Part shown: positions 35,036 through 44,857 of the stretch, piece by piece
Position numbering within the stretch: the stretch's first letter is position 1
How the letters are laid out: each line of letters starts with the position of its first letter
Source of the DNA: Dehalococcoidia bacterium
GTDB taxonomy: Bacteria; Chloroflexota; Dehalococcoidia; UBA2979
Direction: 5' to 3'
Length of the DNA stretch: 64,000 bases
Assembly: GCA_041674525.1 (NCBI GenBank)
Contig: JBAYVN010000004.1
Span: 8,203-72,202, forward strand
Program-made: the position numbers and the translations under genes
Notes under the pieces: generated by a model
Seen by the model: the letters and a program-made list of their open reading frames with translations, nothing else
What the model was told of the DNA's origin: nothing
Databases searched by the model: none

Positions 35036-36055
35036 TTAGAGCATCCCCGACTGGTCGAGGGTGGTGCGGACGAGCATCTGGTGCAGCGCGGCGCGGCGCG
35101 ACTCGGCCTGGTTCTGCTGGCCCATCTCCACGAGGATCGGGACGCAGCCCCTGACCCACTGCCCGATGGACAGCGACGTGGTGCCGCTGAACGTGACCCC
35201 GTTGCCCTGCGGACGCGTGGCGCTGGGACTGGGCGTGGCGCCCGGGCGCGGCGTGTTGCTGGGCACCACCTGCACACCCGGCCTCGGCGTCGCAGCGCCG
35301 CGCATGTAGAACTCCTCGCGCGGGGCGATCTGCGCGTTCACGGTCCGCACCACGTTCGCGAGACGGTCGATGGTCGCGTCGTTCGCGCCGGCGCCGATGG
35401 CGAACGTCTGGCCGATGAACGCCGTGCCACTGCTGGCGCCGCGCTCGGCGTAGAACACCCACGACTCGTGCAGGTCGTACAGGAGTTCGGGCTGGAACTC
35501 CCGTCCGAGGTCGATGATCGCCGCCGCCATGCGGGCCATCGGCAGGCCGTCCGGGTTGCCCGGGTACAGCCGGTTCAGGTCACCCAGCTCGGGCAGCGTG
35601 CGCTCCATGACGGCGTCCGAGCGCCAGTTGACGCGGGGCACCACCAGCAGGCTCCCGCGCTCCACCTGCCAGTCCGCGATCCCCTCCGCGGCTAGCCAGC
35701 CGCCGGGCTCGTTGCCGTGCACGCCGCCGAGCACCATGATGCGCGGCCCTGGCCTGCCGCTGTGGATGGCGATCCCGTCCGCGGCCCACGGCGTGCCCTT
35801 CAGGAGCGTCACCACCTCGTTGCCGCGCGCGTGCAGCGGTGGCGGCGTGGGCGTGGGCTCGGGGGTGGGGGTGCCGTTCGCCGGGCCCACGGGCGCGCCG
35901 AGGCGGGCCTCCAGGTCGGGGTGCTCGGCGTGGGTGAGCGAGCACGCGGACAGCGCCGACGCGCCCAGCCCGGTTCCCGCGAGCGCGAGGAAGCGGCGGC
36001 GGGTGACCCGGGAGGGCGATCTCGGCGATGAGCCCGGCGTAGACATGCCAGTCAT
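35036..36055 (-). CDS. Tat-secreted succinylglutamate desuccinylase/aspartoacylase (AstE/AspA, M14-like) family protein
   Basis: Twin-arginine signal RRRFLALAGTGLGASALSA. Zinc-site block IMVLGGVHGNEPGG. Confidence 0.7.
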   Translation of the reverse strand: MTGMSTPGSSPRSPSRVTRRRFLALAGTGLGASALSACSLTHAEHPDLEARLGAPVGPANGTPTPEPTPTPPPLHARGNEVVTLLKGTPWAADGIAIHSGRPGPRIMVLGGVHGNEPGGWLAAEGIADWQVERGSLLVVPRVNWRSDAVMERTLPELGDLNRLYPGNPDGLPMARMAAAIIDLGREFQPELLYDLHESWVFYAERGASSGTAFIGQTFAIGAGANDATIDRLANVVRTVNAQIAPREEFYMRGAATPRPGVQVVPSNTPRPGATPSPSATRPQGNGVTFSGTTSLSIGQWVRGCVPILVEMGQQNQAESRRAALHQMLVRTTLDQSGML

Positions 36056-36220
36056 GCTACGAAACGCACCCGCTCCCAGTCATCAAAGGGATGTCAGCGT
36101 CCGGCGCGGCTCCGGACAGATGCCCAGAATCTGCGGGAGGGTGAGGCGTGCCCAGTCGTCAGGTGCCCCGTCGCGGGGTGCCCGGTCGCCACGTGCCCCA
36201 GACCCAGTGGCGGCGCCCGC

Positions 36221-37480
36221 TCAGTCCTCGACCGCCCCGAGGAGCATCCCGGCGCCGACGGTGTGGTTCGTCGTCTCGTCGATGAGGATGAACGATCCGG
36301 TGTGGCGGTTCGCGCGGTACGAGTCGAAGAACAGCGGCTCCGTGGTGCGGAAGGTGACGCGCCCGATCTCGTTGAGGGCGAGCCCGTCCGCGTCGATGTC
36401 CTCGGCCAGGGTGTTGATCTCGAGGCGCGAGGCGATGCGTGTGACCATGGCGCGCGCGGTGTGGGTGGTGTGCTTGATCGCCAGGCGCACGCCGGGCGCC
36501 AGGCGCGAGCGCTCGGTCATCCAGCAGACCCACGCCTCCACGTGCCGCGCGGCGGCCGGCTCGCGCTCGGCGCCGACGATCATGTTGCCGCGCGACACGT
36601 CGATGTCGTCCTGCAGGCGGATGGTGACCGACATCGGCGGCGCGGCGGCCTCCACCGGGCCGTCGAAGGTGTCGATGCCGGCGATCGTGGTGCGCTGTCC
36701 GCCGGGGAGCACGGTCACGGCGTCGCCGGGGCGGAAGACGCCGCCCGCGACGGTGCCGGCATAGCCGCGGTAGTCGTGGTACTCGCCGCGCATCGGGCGG
36801 ATCACGTACTGCACCGGGAAGCGGCGGTCGTCCAGGTCCTCGTCCGTCGCGATCTCGACCTCCTCCAGGTGTTCCAGGAGCGCCTTTCCGTCGTACCACG
36901 GCATGCACCCCGAGCGATCGACCACGTTGTCGCCGTTGAGCGCGGAGATCGGGATGAAGGTCACATCGCGCACGTCGAGCTTGCTGGCGAACTCGGCGAA
37001 GTCGTCGCGCACCGCCTCGAACACGGACTGGTCGTAGTCCACGAGGTCCATCTTGTTCACGCAGACCACGAGGTGCGGGATGCCGAGCAGCGACGAGATG
37101 AAGGCGTGCCGCCGCGACTGCTCCACCACGCCCTGCCGCGCATCGATCAGGATCAGCGCGAGGTGCGCGGTGGAGGCGCCGGTCACCATGTTGCGCGTGT
37201 ACTGCACGTGGCCGGGCGTGTCCGCGATGATGAACTTGCGCCGTGGCGTGGAGAAGTACCGGTACGCGACGTCGATGGTGATGCCCTGCTCCCGCTCGGC
37301 GCGCAGGCCGTCCGTGAGGAGCGCGAGGTTCACGTACTCGTCGCCGCGCGCCTCGCTGGTGCGCTCGATGGCATCCCACTGGTCCTGCATGATCGACTTC
37401 GCGTCGTACAGCAGCCGCCCGATGAGGGTGCTCTTGCCGTCGTCCACGGATCCCACGGTGGCGAAGCGGAGCAGCTCCAC
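36221..37480 (-). CDS. cysN: Sulfate adenylyltransferase subunit 1 (CysN, GTPase), without a fused APS-kinase domain
   Basis: G1 GSVDDGKST, DTPGH, NKMD; EF-Tu-like domains. Only 419 aa. Confidence 0.9.
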   Translation of the reverse strand: MELLRFATVGSVDDGKSTLIGRLLYDAKSIMQDQWDAIERTSEARGDEYVNLALLTDGLRAEREQGITIDVAYRYFSTPRRKFIIADTPGHVQYTRNMVTGASTAHLALILIDARQGVVEQSRRHAFISSLLGIPHLVVCVNKMDLVDYDQSVFEAVRDDFAEFASKLDVRDVTFIPISALNGDNVVDRSGCMPWYDGKALLEHLEEVEIATDEDLDDRRFPVQYVIRPMRGEYHDYRGYAGTVAGGVFRPGDAVTVLPGGQRTTIAGIDTFDGPVEAAAPPMSVTIRLQDDIDVSRGNMIVGAEREPAAARHVEAWVCWMTERSRLAPGVRLAIKHTTHTARAMVTRIASRLEINTLAEDIDADGLALNEIGRVTFRTTEPLFFDSYRANRHTGSFILIDETTNHTVGAGMLLGAVED

Positions 37481-38427
37481 TAGAAGTACCCCTCGCGCTT
37501 GCGGTCTTCCATCGCGGCATCGGAGGTCCGGTCATCGGCGCGGCTCGCACCCCGCTCCGTGATGCGCGTCGCCGCGATCTCCGCGATCACGTCCTCCACC
37601 GTAGTAGCAGCGCTCGCCACAGCGGCGGTGCAGGTGATGTCGCCGACGGTGCGGAAGCGCACGACGCGGTGCTCGGTGCGCTCGCCTCGGAGGTGCGGCA
37701 GGATGCCGGCATCTGCCATCAGCATGCCATCGCGCTCGAAGACCGCGCGCTCGTGGGCGAAGTAGATCGATGGAATCTCGATGCGGTCGCCGGCGATGTA
37801 CTGCCAGACGTCCAGTTCCGTCCAGTTCGAGATCGGGAAGACGCGGATGTGCTCACCCGCGCGGTGACGCCCGTTGAAGAGATCCCAGAGCTCGGGGCGC
37901 TGGTTCTTCGGGTCCCACTGGCCGAAGTCGTCGCGGAAGGAATACACGCGCTCTTTCGCGCGGGCCTTCTCCTCGTCGCGCCGCGCGCCACCGAAGACGG
38001 CGTCGAACTTCCCCCGCGCGATCGTCTCCAGCAGTACCGGCGTCTGCAGGCGATTGCGCGAGGCGCGCGGACCGGTGTCGTCCACCAGCGTGCCCGCGTC
38101 GATCGCCTCCTGCACGGAGCCCACGATCAGCCGGACGCCGAGTTCGGCGACGCGCCGGTCGCGGTACTCGATCACCTCAGGGAAGTTGTGACCGGTGTCG
38201 ATGTGCACCACGGGAAAGGGGATGCGCGCGGGCCAGAACGCCTTCTCCGCCAGCCGCAGCATCACGATCGAGTCCTTGCCGCCGGAGAAGAGCAGCGCGG
38301 GGCGCTCGAACTCCGCCGCGACCTCGCGAATGATGTGGATCGACTCGGCCTCGAGGACCTCGAGGTGCGTGAGCTCGCGGGGCAACGTGCTGTTCACGAC
38401 GTCAACTCCTCGGACAGTCCGCAGCAC
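37480..38427 (-). CDS. cysD: Sulfate adenylyltransferase subunit 2 (CysD)
   Basis: PAPS-reductase-like fold: LLFSGGKDSIVMLRLA and HIDTGHNFPEVIEYRD. Confidence 0.9.
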   Translation of the reverse strand: MLRTVRGVDVVNSTLPRELTHLEVLEAESIHIIREVAAEFERPALLFSGGKDSIVMLRLAEKAFWPARIPFPVVHIDTGHNFPEVIEYRDRRVAELGVRLIVGSVQEAIDAGTLVDDTGPRASRNRLQTPVLLETIARGKFDAVFGGARRDEEKARAKERVYSFRDDFGQWDPKNQRPELWDLFNGRHRAGEHIRVFPISNWTELDVWQYIAGDRIEIPSIYFAHERAVFERDGMLMADAGILPHLRGERTEHRVVRFRTVGDITCTAAVASAATTVEDVIAEIAATRITERGASRADDRTSDAAMEDRKREGYF

Positions 38428-38518
38428 CGTGCTGCGCTGCTTGTGAACACGGTCACAACCGCGGGCGACGAAAAGGAGCGGCGGTGCCCGGGGGCTCGCC
38501 GCCGCTCTCCACCGCGCG

Positions 38519-40297
38519 CTAGACGGCGCACTCGCCCTCGCCGCGCTCGAGGACGTACAGGCCCTCTCGCTCCCAGTCCACGAACTCCTGGATGCTGTCG
38601 GTCGAGAACTTCGGCGTGACCGTCAGGTCCTGCACGGCGGCCTCGAACGGAGTGACGCCGACGCGCTCGAAGAACGCGTTGAACGCCTCGCCGTCGCTCC
38701 GTTGCGACTGGTACAGACCGATGAAGCGCTCCACGGCCTCCGGGACGCGCTTCGCCGGGATGCGGAGCTTCGCGATCGTGCCGATGTGCGCCGTCACGCC
38801 CTCGTGGCGCTCGCCGCCCAGGAAGACGTTGTACGCCGGGATCTGGCGGGCGTCGTTCTTCATCGCGGCGCCGTGGAAGCCGATGTTGCCGAGGTGATGC
38901 TGGCCGCACGAGTTCGGGCAGCCACTGATGTTGATGAAGATCTGCTTCGTCAGGGGGTCCGTGATGTCCATCGCGTCGATGCGCTCGGAAATCGCCCGGT
39001 TCAGGCCCATCGACGACGTGATGCCGAGCTTGCACGAGTCCGTGCCGGGGCAGGAGACCACGTCGCGGATCGTCGCGGCACCGGACTCGCCGAGGCCGAT
39101 CGCCTGCAGCGCCTTCCACACCGCGTGGACGCGGTTGCCGGGGATCCAGCGCAGGACCATGTTCTGCGCCTGTGTGGTCCGCGCCCGTCCCGCGCCGAAG
39201 TCCGTGATGATCGAAGCGAGCCCGCGCCACTGCTCGGGCCGCAGATCGCCCTGCCGCACGAACGCCTGCACTGCGAAGTAGCCGTCCTGCTTCTGCGACC
39301 GCACGTTGTCGTCCACGAAGCGCTGGAAGGCCTCGCGCTCCTCGGCGGGAACCCCGGCAACGTCGAGCGGCGCGGGGGCGGGAGCGAGGGCGGCCTCGTC
39401 GTCATGGAGGAGCAACGCGTGCAGGTCGGGGCGCTGCTTCGCCCAGTCCTGCGCCAGCCGCTCGTCCACCATGCGGCGGAAGGCGTCCTCGCCTACGCGG
39501 TGGACCAGGAACTTGAGGCGCGCCTTCAGGATGTTCACGCGCAGCTCGTCCGCGTCCTGGAAGATGCGGATCACCGCCTCGGAGTACGTCAGGAAGTCAT
39601 CGACGGAGACGAAGTCGGTGAGGACGATCGCGTCCTTCGGCATCGTCGAGAGGCCCCCGCCGACGACCATCTTGAAGCCGCGCACCTCCTCGCCCGCGAT
39701 GTTGCGGACGCGGGGGATGAAGCCGATGTCGTGGATCGGCGTCAGCGCGGCGTCGGCGTCGGAGCCGGAGAAGGTCACCTTGAACTTGCGGGGGAGGAGC
39801 TGGCTGAGGGGATTACGCACCCAGTAGCGTACAAATGCCGCCGCGTATGGCGTGATGTCAAAGAGCTCGTCGCCGCGGATGCCCGCCCACGGGTCGCCGG
39901 TGACGTTGCGCACCACGTTGCCGCACGCCTCGCGCGAGGAGAGCCCGTGGTCGCCGAGGATGCGCAGGACGTTGTACATCTCGGGCAGGGGGATGTGGTG
40001 GAACTGCAGGTTCTGGCGGGTGGTGATGTGCCCCTTGGCCAGCGGCGCGATCTCCGACACCCGGGCGAAGGCTTCCATCTGCTCCGGGCCGAGGCCGCCG
40101 AACGGGAGCTTCACCCGGATCATCTGGCGCGCCGCCTGGCGCTGCCCGTAGACCCCCTGCTTCAGGCGGAAGCCGATGAACACGCGCTCCTCGCGCTGCC
40201 CGGCGAGGAAGGCGGTCGCTTCCGTCTCGAAGTCGTCGAACTCCTTCGTGATGATCGGGATGACGGTGGGGGCGCTGGCGCGCTGTGCGGTAGTCAT
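38519..40297 (-). CDS. Sulfite reductase (ferredoxin-type nitrite/sulfite reductase hemoprotein)
   Basis: Siroheme-[4Fe-4S] motifs SCPGTDSCKLG and GCPNSCGQHHL. Start placed at the internal ATG (MTTAQR) at 40297. Confidence 0.85.
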   Translation of the reverse strand: MTTAQRASAPTVIPIITKEFDDFETEATAFLAGQREERVFIGFRLKQGVYGQRQAARQMIRVKLPFGGLGPEQMEAFARVSEIAPLAKGHITTRQNLQFHHIPLPEMYNVLRILGDHGLSSREACGNVVRNVTGDPWAGIRGDELFDITPYAAAFVRYWVRNPLSQLLPRKFKVTFSGSDADAALTPIHDIGFIPRVRNIAGEEVRGFKMVVGGGLSTMPKDAIVLTDFVSVDDFLTYSEAVIRIFQDADELRVNILKARLKFLVHRVGEDAFRRMVDERLAQDWAKQRPDLHALLLHDDEAALAPAPAPLDVAGVPAEEREAFQRFVDDNVRSQKQDGYFAVQAFVRQGDLRPEQWRGLASIITDFGAGRARTTQAQNMVLRWIPGNRVHAVWKALQAIGLGESGAATIRDVVSCPGTDSCKLGITSSMGLNRAISERIDAMDITDPLTKQIFINISGCPNSCGQHHLGNIGFHGAAMKNDARQIPAYNVFLGGERHEGVTAHIGTIAKLRIPAKRVPEAVERFIGLYQSQRSDGEAFNAFFERVGVTPFEAAVQDLTVTPKFSTDSIQEFVDWEREGLYVLERGEGECAV

Positions 40298-40337
40298 GGT
40301 GGCGCTCTTCCCTGCTCGACCCGCTCGGTACCGGATA

Positions 40338-40360
40338 TTGTCGACATACTCAGTCGACAA
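40338..40360. promoter_or_regulatory. 8-7-8 inverted repeat TTGTCGAC-ATACTCA-GTCGACAA in the AT-richer upstream region of the sir-cysDN operon; candidate operator
   Basis: Perfect 8-bp arms read directly, about 40 nt upstream of the sir start codon. Confidence 0.45.
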
Positions 40361-40500
40361 AGGAGACATTAGAGTACCCGCGCTCCAGAGGGCATGGCAA
40401 GTCCTGCTGAAACCCGGCGCGTGGGAAGCACGAAATGGCAGGTTGAGTCCCGCCCATCCAGCCCTGCGGGACGCGCGGCAGGGGGTCGGGCTGGGCCGGC

Positions 40501-41166
40501 CTAGTAGGTGGAGACGTCCATCTGGGGGAGCATCCCGGTTGCCGAGTAGACCGTGCGCTCCGCGATGTTGGTCGCGCGGTCGGCGATGCGCTCCAGGTTG
40601 TGGGCGACCCAGAGGAGGTGGGTGCTGGGCTCGATGGTGGTCGGGTCGCCGACCATCACCTGGATCAGGTCGGCGTAGATCTGATCGTAGAGGCGGTCCA
40701 CCTCCTCGTCGGCGGCGCCGACGCGGTACGCGGCCTCAATGTCCTGGTCGAGGAACGCCTGCACGGAATTGCGGAGCATGTCCTTGGCGCGGCTCGCCAT
40801 GATCGGCATGTCGATCAGGGGCTTCACCAGGGGCTCGTCCTGCATCATCACGACGATCTTGGCGATCCCGGCCGCGTGGTCACCCATGCGCTCCATGTCC
40901 GACATGATCGCGGTCACCGACACGATCATGCGCAGATCGCCGGCCATGGGAGCCTGCTGGGCCAGGAGTGAGATGCACGCGTTCTGCAGGTGGAACCCGA
41001 TCGCGTTGACTTCCCTGTCGTCCTCGATGATGCCGCGGGCGAGCGCGACGTCCCGGTCCATGAGGGCCTGCATCGCGCGATCCACCGCCCGCTCGACCAT
41101 CGATCCCATCTCCAGGACGCCGTCCTGCAAGGCGGCGATCTGGCGCTGGAACTGCTCTCGAGGCAT
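40501..41166 (-). CDS. phoU: Phosphate transport system regulator PhoU
   Basis: Two PhoU repeats; motifs DDREVNAIGFHLQNA, ERMGDHAAGIAK, ERIADRATNIAE. Confidence 0.9.
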   Translation of the reverse strand: MPREQFQRQIAALQDGVLEMGSMVERAVDRAMQALMDRDVALARGIIEDDREVNAIGFHLQNACISLLAQQAPMAGDLRMIVSVTAIMSDMERMGDHAAGIAKIVVMMQDEPLVKPLIDMPIMASRAKDMLRNSVQAFLDQDIEAAYRVGAADEEVDRLYDQIYADLIQVMVGDPTTIEPSTHLLWVAHNLERIADRATNIAERTVYSATGMLPQMDVSTY

Positions 41167-41184
41167 GACCGGGCCGCCCAATCC

Positions 41185-41207
41185 CCGGGCGGTGCACGAC
41201 CGCCCGG
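41185..41207 (-). terminator. Hairpin CCGGGCGGT-GCACG-ACCGCCCGG downstream of the sensor kinase gene and upstream of phoU
   Basis: Perfect 9-bp GC-rich stem read directly from the sequence. Confidence 0.5.
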
Positions 41208-41255
41208 CCCACTCGCCGTGAATCGCTCAAGGTGCCAGTGTACCCGCCCGCACCC

Positions 41256-42437
41256 TCAGGCAGGCGCGTCGGCCCGCGGGAGGGTGAAGCAGAGCGTGGC
41301 GCCCGGCGACCCCTCCGCCACCCAGATCTCGCCGCCGAGGCGTGAGACGGTGTGGCGCGCGATCGCCAGGCCGAGGCCGGTTCCGCTGCCGCGCGCGCGG
41401 TCCGCCGTGTAGAACCGTTCGAACACCCGCTGGCGGTCGGCGGGCAGGATGCCGGGGCCCTCGTCACGCACGCAGACCCGGGTCATGTCCCCGTCCGCCT
41501 CCAGCCGGATGGTGACGGTGCCTCCCCGCGGGGAGTAGCGGATGGCGTTGTCCAGGAGGTTGGTGATCACCTCCAGCCCGCGCTCGTGGTCTGCCAGCAC
41601 CAGCGCCCCCGCGGGCGTCGCCACGTGCACGGCCAGCGCCACGCCGGACCGTTCAGCGACGGGCAGCATGCGCGCCACGGCCACGCGGGCGAGCTCCGCC
41701 ACCTCCACCGGGCGAATGTCGAACTCCTCGGCGCGGGACTCCAGGCGGGAGAGCGTCAGCAGGCGCTCGACGATGTCACCCAGCCGTTCCAGCTCATGCG
41801 TCAGGCTGGCGTGGAAGCGAGCGCGGCGCTCAGCGTCGTCCACGCCGCTCTCCAGCGTCTCCGCCAGGGCCCGGGCGGCCGCGATCGGGGTCCGCAGCTC
41901 GTGCGACACGTTCGCCACCAGCTCCGAGCGGGCGCGCTCCGCGTTCCGGAGCGCGGTGATGTCCTGCACGGTGAGCACGGCGTGCACCGGCGCGGCCTCC
42001 AGGCGCGCGGCTGCCGCGCGAACGATGCGGTCGTCCCCCAGCGCGACGTCCCGGGGCTCGCCCGCCGCTTCGCGCAGCACCTGCGCCAGTGCGGCGTCGC
42101 GCGTCGCGCGGATCAGGGACACGCCCTCCATCTCCTCACGCGGGCGCCGGAGGATGCGCGCCAGCGCCGGGTTGGCGACGAGCACGTCCTCCTGGGCGTC
42201 GATCACGAGGATGCCCTCGGGCAGCAGCGCGAGGAGCCCCCGCAGCTCGTGGACGAAGTCGATGACCGGCGGCGCCTCCGGCCGCGCGGGGCGCGCCGCC
42301 TCGGGTGGCCGAGCGCCGAGCCAGCCGGCCAGCAGCACGCCGGCACCGGCAGCCAGCCAGCGGAAGGGGTCGGGAAGCGCCGCCACGGCAAGCGCGACCA
42401 CCACCGCCAGCGCGACGAGCACCGTCGGGTGTCTCAC
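41256..42437 (-). CDS. Sensor histidine kinase (SenX3/PhoR-like; PAS-HisKA-HATPase)
   Basis: H-box SHELRTPIAAARALAETL. G1/G2 boxes near the C-terminus (GTGLGLAIARH). Start set at the GTG at 42437, overlapping the response-regulator stop (GTGA). Confidence 0.85.
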   Translation of the reverse strand: MRHPTVLVALAVVVALAVAALPDPFRWLAAGAGVLLAGWLGARPPEAARPARPEAPPVIDFVHELRGLLALLPEGILVIDAQEDVLVANPALARILRRPREEMEGVSLIRATRDAALAQVLREAAGEPRDVALGDDRIVRAAAARLEAAPVHAVLTVQDITALRNAERARSELVANVSHELRTPIAAARALAETLESGVDDAERRARFHASLTHELERLGDIVERLLTLSRLESRAEEFDIRPVEVAELARVAVARMLPVAERSGVALAVHVATPAGALVLADHERGLEVITNLLDNAIRYSPRGGTVTIRLEADGDMTRVCVRDEGPGILPADRQRVFERFYTADRARGSGTGLGLAIARHTVSRLGGEIWVAEGSPGATLCFTLPRADAPA

Positions 42438-43138
42438 GCCACGAACCGGTAGCCGACGCTGCGCACGGTCTGGATGTGCTGCGGGTTCGCGGGGTCCTCC
42501 TCGATCTTCTCGCGCAGCCACCGCACGTGGACGTCGACGGTCCGTGTCTCACCCATGAAGGTGATGCCCCACACCTCCTCCAGGATCTGGCTTCTGGTCA
42601 GCGCCTGCCCGGGATGGCGCATGAAGTACGTCAGGAGCGCGAACTCCCGTGGCCGGAGCGTCAGCAGCTCGCCGCGATGGCGAGCCTCGTGCGTGGTCTC
42701 GTTCACCTCCAGCGCCCCCGCGCGGAGCACCACGTCCTCCAGCGGCTCGCCGGCGCGAGGACCGGCGGCCCGCGAGAGGGCGTCCCGGCGGAGCATGGAG
42801 GCCACCCGGGCGCGCAGCTCGCGCATGGAGAAGGGCTTGGTCAGGTAGTCGTCAGCGCCGGTTTCCAGGCCCTGGACCCGATCGGCCTCGGAATCGCGCG
42901 CGGTCAGCAGGAGGATCGGGACGGGGGCCTCGGCGCGGAGGATGCGGCAGACGTCCAGGCCGGACATCCGGGGCAGCATGACGTCCAGCACCACGGCATC
43001 CGGGTGCCGCTCGCGGGCCAGCGCCAGCCCGGCCACGCCATCGGCGGCGGTCAGCACTTCGTGGCCATCCCTGCCGATACTGTATGCGACGGCATCGAGG
43101 ATGTTCGGGTCGTCCTCGACCACCAGGACGGTCGACAT
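42434..43138 (-). CDS. OmpR/PhoB-family response regulator (RegX3/PhoP-like)
   Basis: Receiver VLVVEDDPNILD..DAVVLDVMLP..KP plus the winged-helix C-terminus (QHIQTVRSVGYRF). Confidence 0.9.
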   Translation of the reverse strand: MSTVLVVEDDPNILDAVAYSIGRDGHEVLTAADGVAGLALARERHPDAVVLDVMLPRMSGLDVCRILRAEAPVPILLLTARDSEADRVQGLETGADDYLTKPFSMRELRARVASMLRRDALSRAAGPRAGEPLEDVVLRAGALEVNETTHEARHRGELLTLRPREFALLTYFMRHPGQALTRSQILEEVWGITFMGETRTVDVHVRWLREKIEEDPANPQHIQTVRSVGYRFVA

Positions 43139-43291
43139 GGGAACGCCTCCGGCGCGTCGCGGGCTCAGACTCAGCCCAGACTCGGGCGGGACATGCCCCC
43201 GCCGCCCTTCGAGACCCTATACTTGTTGTATACGCTTCTCGGACTATGTGGGGCGCAACCACCAATGGGGTGCGCCCGCTGCACAGGGTGA

Positions 43292-44857
43292 ATGCCCGTG
43301 TCCATGAATTCACCGGAGCTGCAGGCGGTCCTGCTGGGCATCATCGAGGTCCAGCCGCTGGACGTCCTGCTCCGGCACCTCGCGGGCGCCGCGCGCGAGA
43401 TGACGGGCTCGGACTTCGCCGCGCTCGGCGCATACGACGACAGCCGCCGCCTGGAGCATTTCGAGACGGTAGGACTGTCCAACGACGAACGCCAGTCGCT
43501 GGGTCACCCGCCCCACGGCCTGGGCCTGTTGGGCGAGTTCGCGATCGATCCGCGCACCGTGAATCTGGACGACTTCCGGCACCACCGGGCCTCCGTCCGG
43601 ATGCCGACGCACCATCCCGACATGCAGGCGTTCCTGGGCGTCCCGCTGGTCTACGGCGGGCGCGTGCTCGGCGCGTTCTATGTCACGCGCAAGCCGGGCG
43701 GCGCCGCCTTCAGCGCCGAGGACCGCGCGCAGCTGGAGGCGCTGGCGCCGTACGCGGCGATCGCCATCCGCAACGCGAGGGCCCTGGACGCGGAGCAGCG
43801 GCAGCGCGCCGCGGCGCAGGCGCTGGCGGATACCGCGCGGGCGCTGCAGGAGGTGGACCGTCCGGGCGAGGCCGCACGCATCCTGGTCAACGCCGCGGGC
43901 GAGCTGCTGGCGGGTCACGGCGAGGCCGTGGTGTGCTGGACCAGCGCCGATGACGACGACACGCAGACGGCCGCCTCGGTCCCGGGCTCGCACCTGGAGG
44001 CCGAGGTGCTGGCGCTGGTGGAGGCGGGGCTGCCGCCGGGACGCCACGAGCGGCCGGGGATGCTGCCGGGCACGGACGTCACGATCTACGTGGGCGAACT
44101 CCCCGATGGCGGCGAGCTGGTGCTGGCAGCGGCGATCCCCACCCACCACGGCAACGGCGTCCACCTCGCGCTCCGCACATTGCACGACATTGGCGTGGCC
44201 GGGCACGCGCACATCGCCCGGCGCGCGGCCGAGGCCGCCCTGGAGCGCTACGCCCTGCGCGACGGCATCGCGCGGGACTTGCATGACGACATCATCCAGG
44301 CGATCTACGCGATCGGCCTCGGTCTCCACCGGGCGCGCATGCGCGACAGCATCACGAAGGAAGAGGCGATCGAGGCCGCGACCACGGAGCTGAGCGCGGT
44401 GATCGCGGATCTGCGCGCGTACATCGGCCACCTGACTGGCGACGAGCTCCCGGGCACCGCACTCCTGACCGAGCGGCTGCGCTCGATCATCGACGCGGCG
44501 AGCTCATGCGAGTGGGAGCAGCGCATCGAGATGGGGCAGGAGCAGCTGAACCCCGCCACCGAGCGCGCGGTCTACCTGATCGCCCGCGAGCTGATCTCCA
44601 ACGTGGAGCGGCACGCGCAGGCGCGGCGCGCCTCGCTGGTGGTGCGGCGCGACGCCGGAGACATCCACATCGAGGTCACGGACGACGGGATTGGCTTCGA
44701 CCGCAACAGCATCGCCCCGGATCGCGTCGGTGTGCGCAGCGTGGAGCAGCGCGCGGCTGACCTCGGCGGATCGCTGCTCTTCGAGACGGCGCCGGGCCGG
44801 GGCACGTCGGTATCGGTGACCATCCCCGTAGTGCTGGCGCAGGGGATCCCTTCGTGA
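43292..44857 (+). CDS. GAF-domain sensor histidine kinase, HisKA_3/NarL-partner type (DevS/DosS-like architecture)
   Basis: N-terminal GAF region(s), H-box RDLHDDIIQAIYAIGLGL (HisKA_3), HATPase (ERAVYLIARELISNVERHA ... GRGTSVSVTIP). Confidence 0.8.
   Translation: MPVSMNSPELQAVLLGIIEVQPLDVLLRHLAGAAREMTGSDFAALGAYDDSRRLEHFETVGLSNDERQSLGHPPHGLGLLGEFAIDPRTVNLDDFRHHRASVRMPTHHPDMQAFLGVPLVYGGRVLGAFYVTRKPGGAAFSAEDRAQLEALAPYAAIAIRNARALDAEQRQRAAAQALADTARALQEVDRPGEAARILVNAAGELLAGHGEAVVCWTSADDDDTQTAASVPGSHLEAEVLALVEAGLPPGRHERPGMLPGTDVTIYVGELPDGGELVLAAAIPTHHGNGVHLALRTLHDIGVAGHAHIARRAAEAALERYALRDGIARDLHDDIIQAIYAIGLGLHRARMRDSITKEEAIEAATTELSAVIADLRAYIGHLTGDELPGTALLTERLRSIIDAASSCEWEQRIEMGQEQLNPATERAVYLIARELISNVERHAQARRASLVVRRDAGDIHIEVTDDGIGFDRNSIAPDRVGVRSVEQRAADLGGSLLFETAPGRGTSVSVTIPVVLAQGIPS

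Noticed and set aside
40440-40500. Imperfect hairpin (CCAGCCC...GGGCTGG) downstream of phoU
   Set aside because: The 7-bp stem has a 23-nt loop. That is too weak to call a terminator with confidence.
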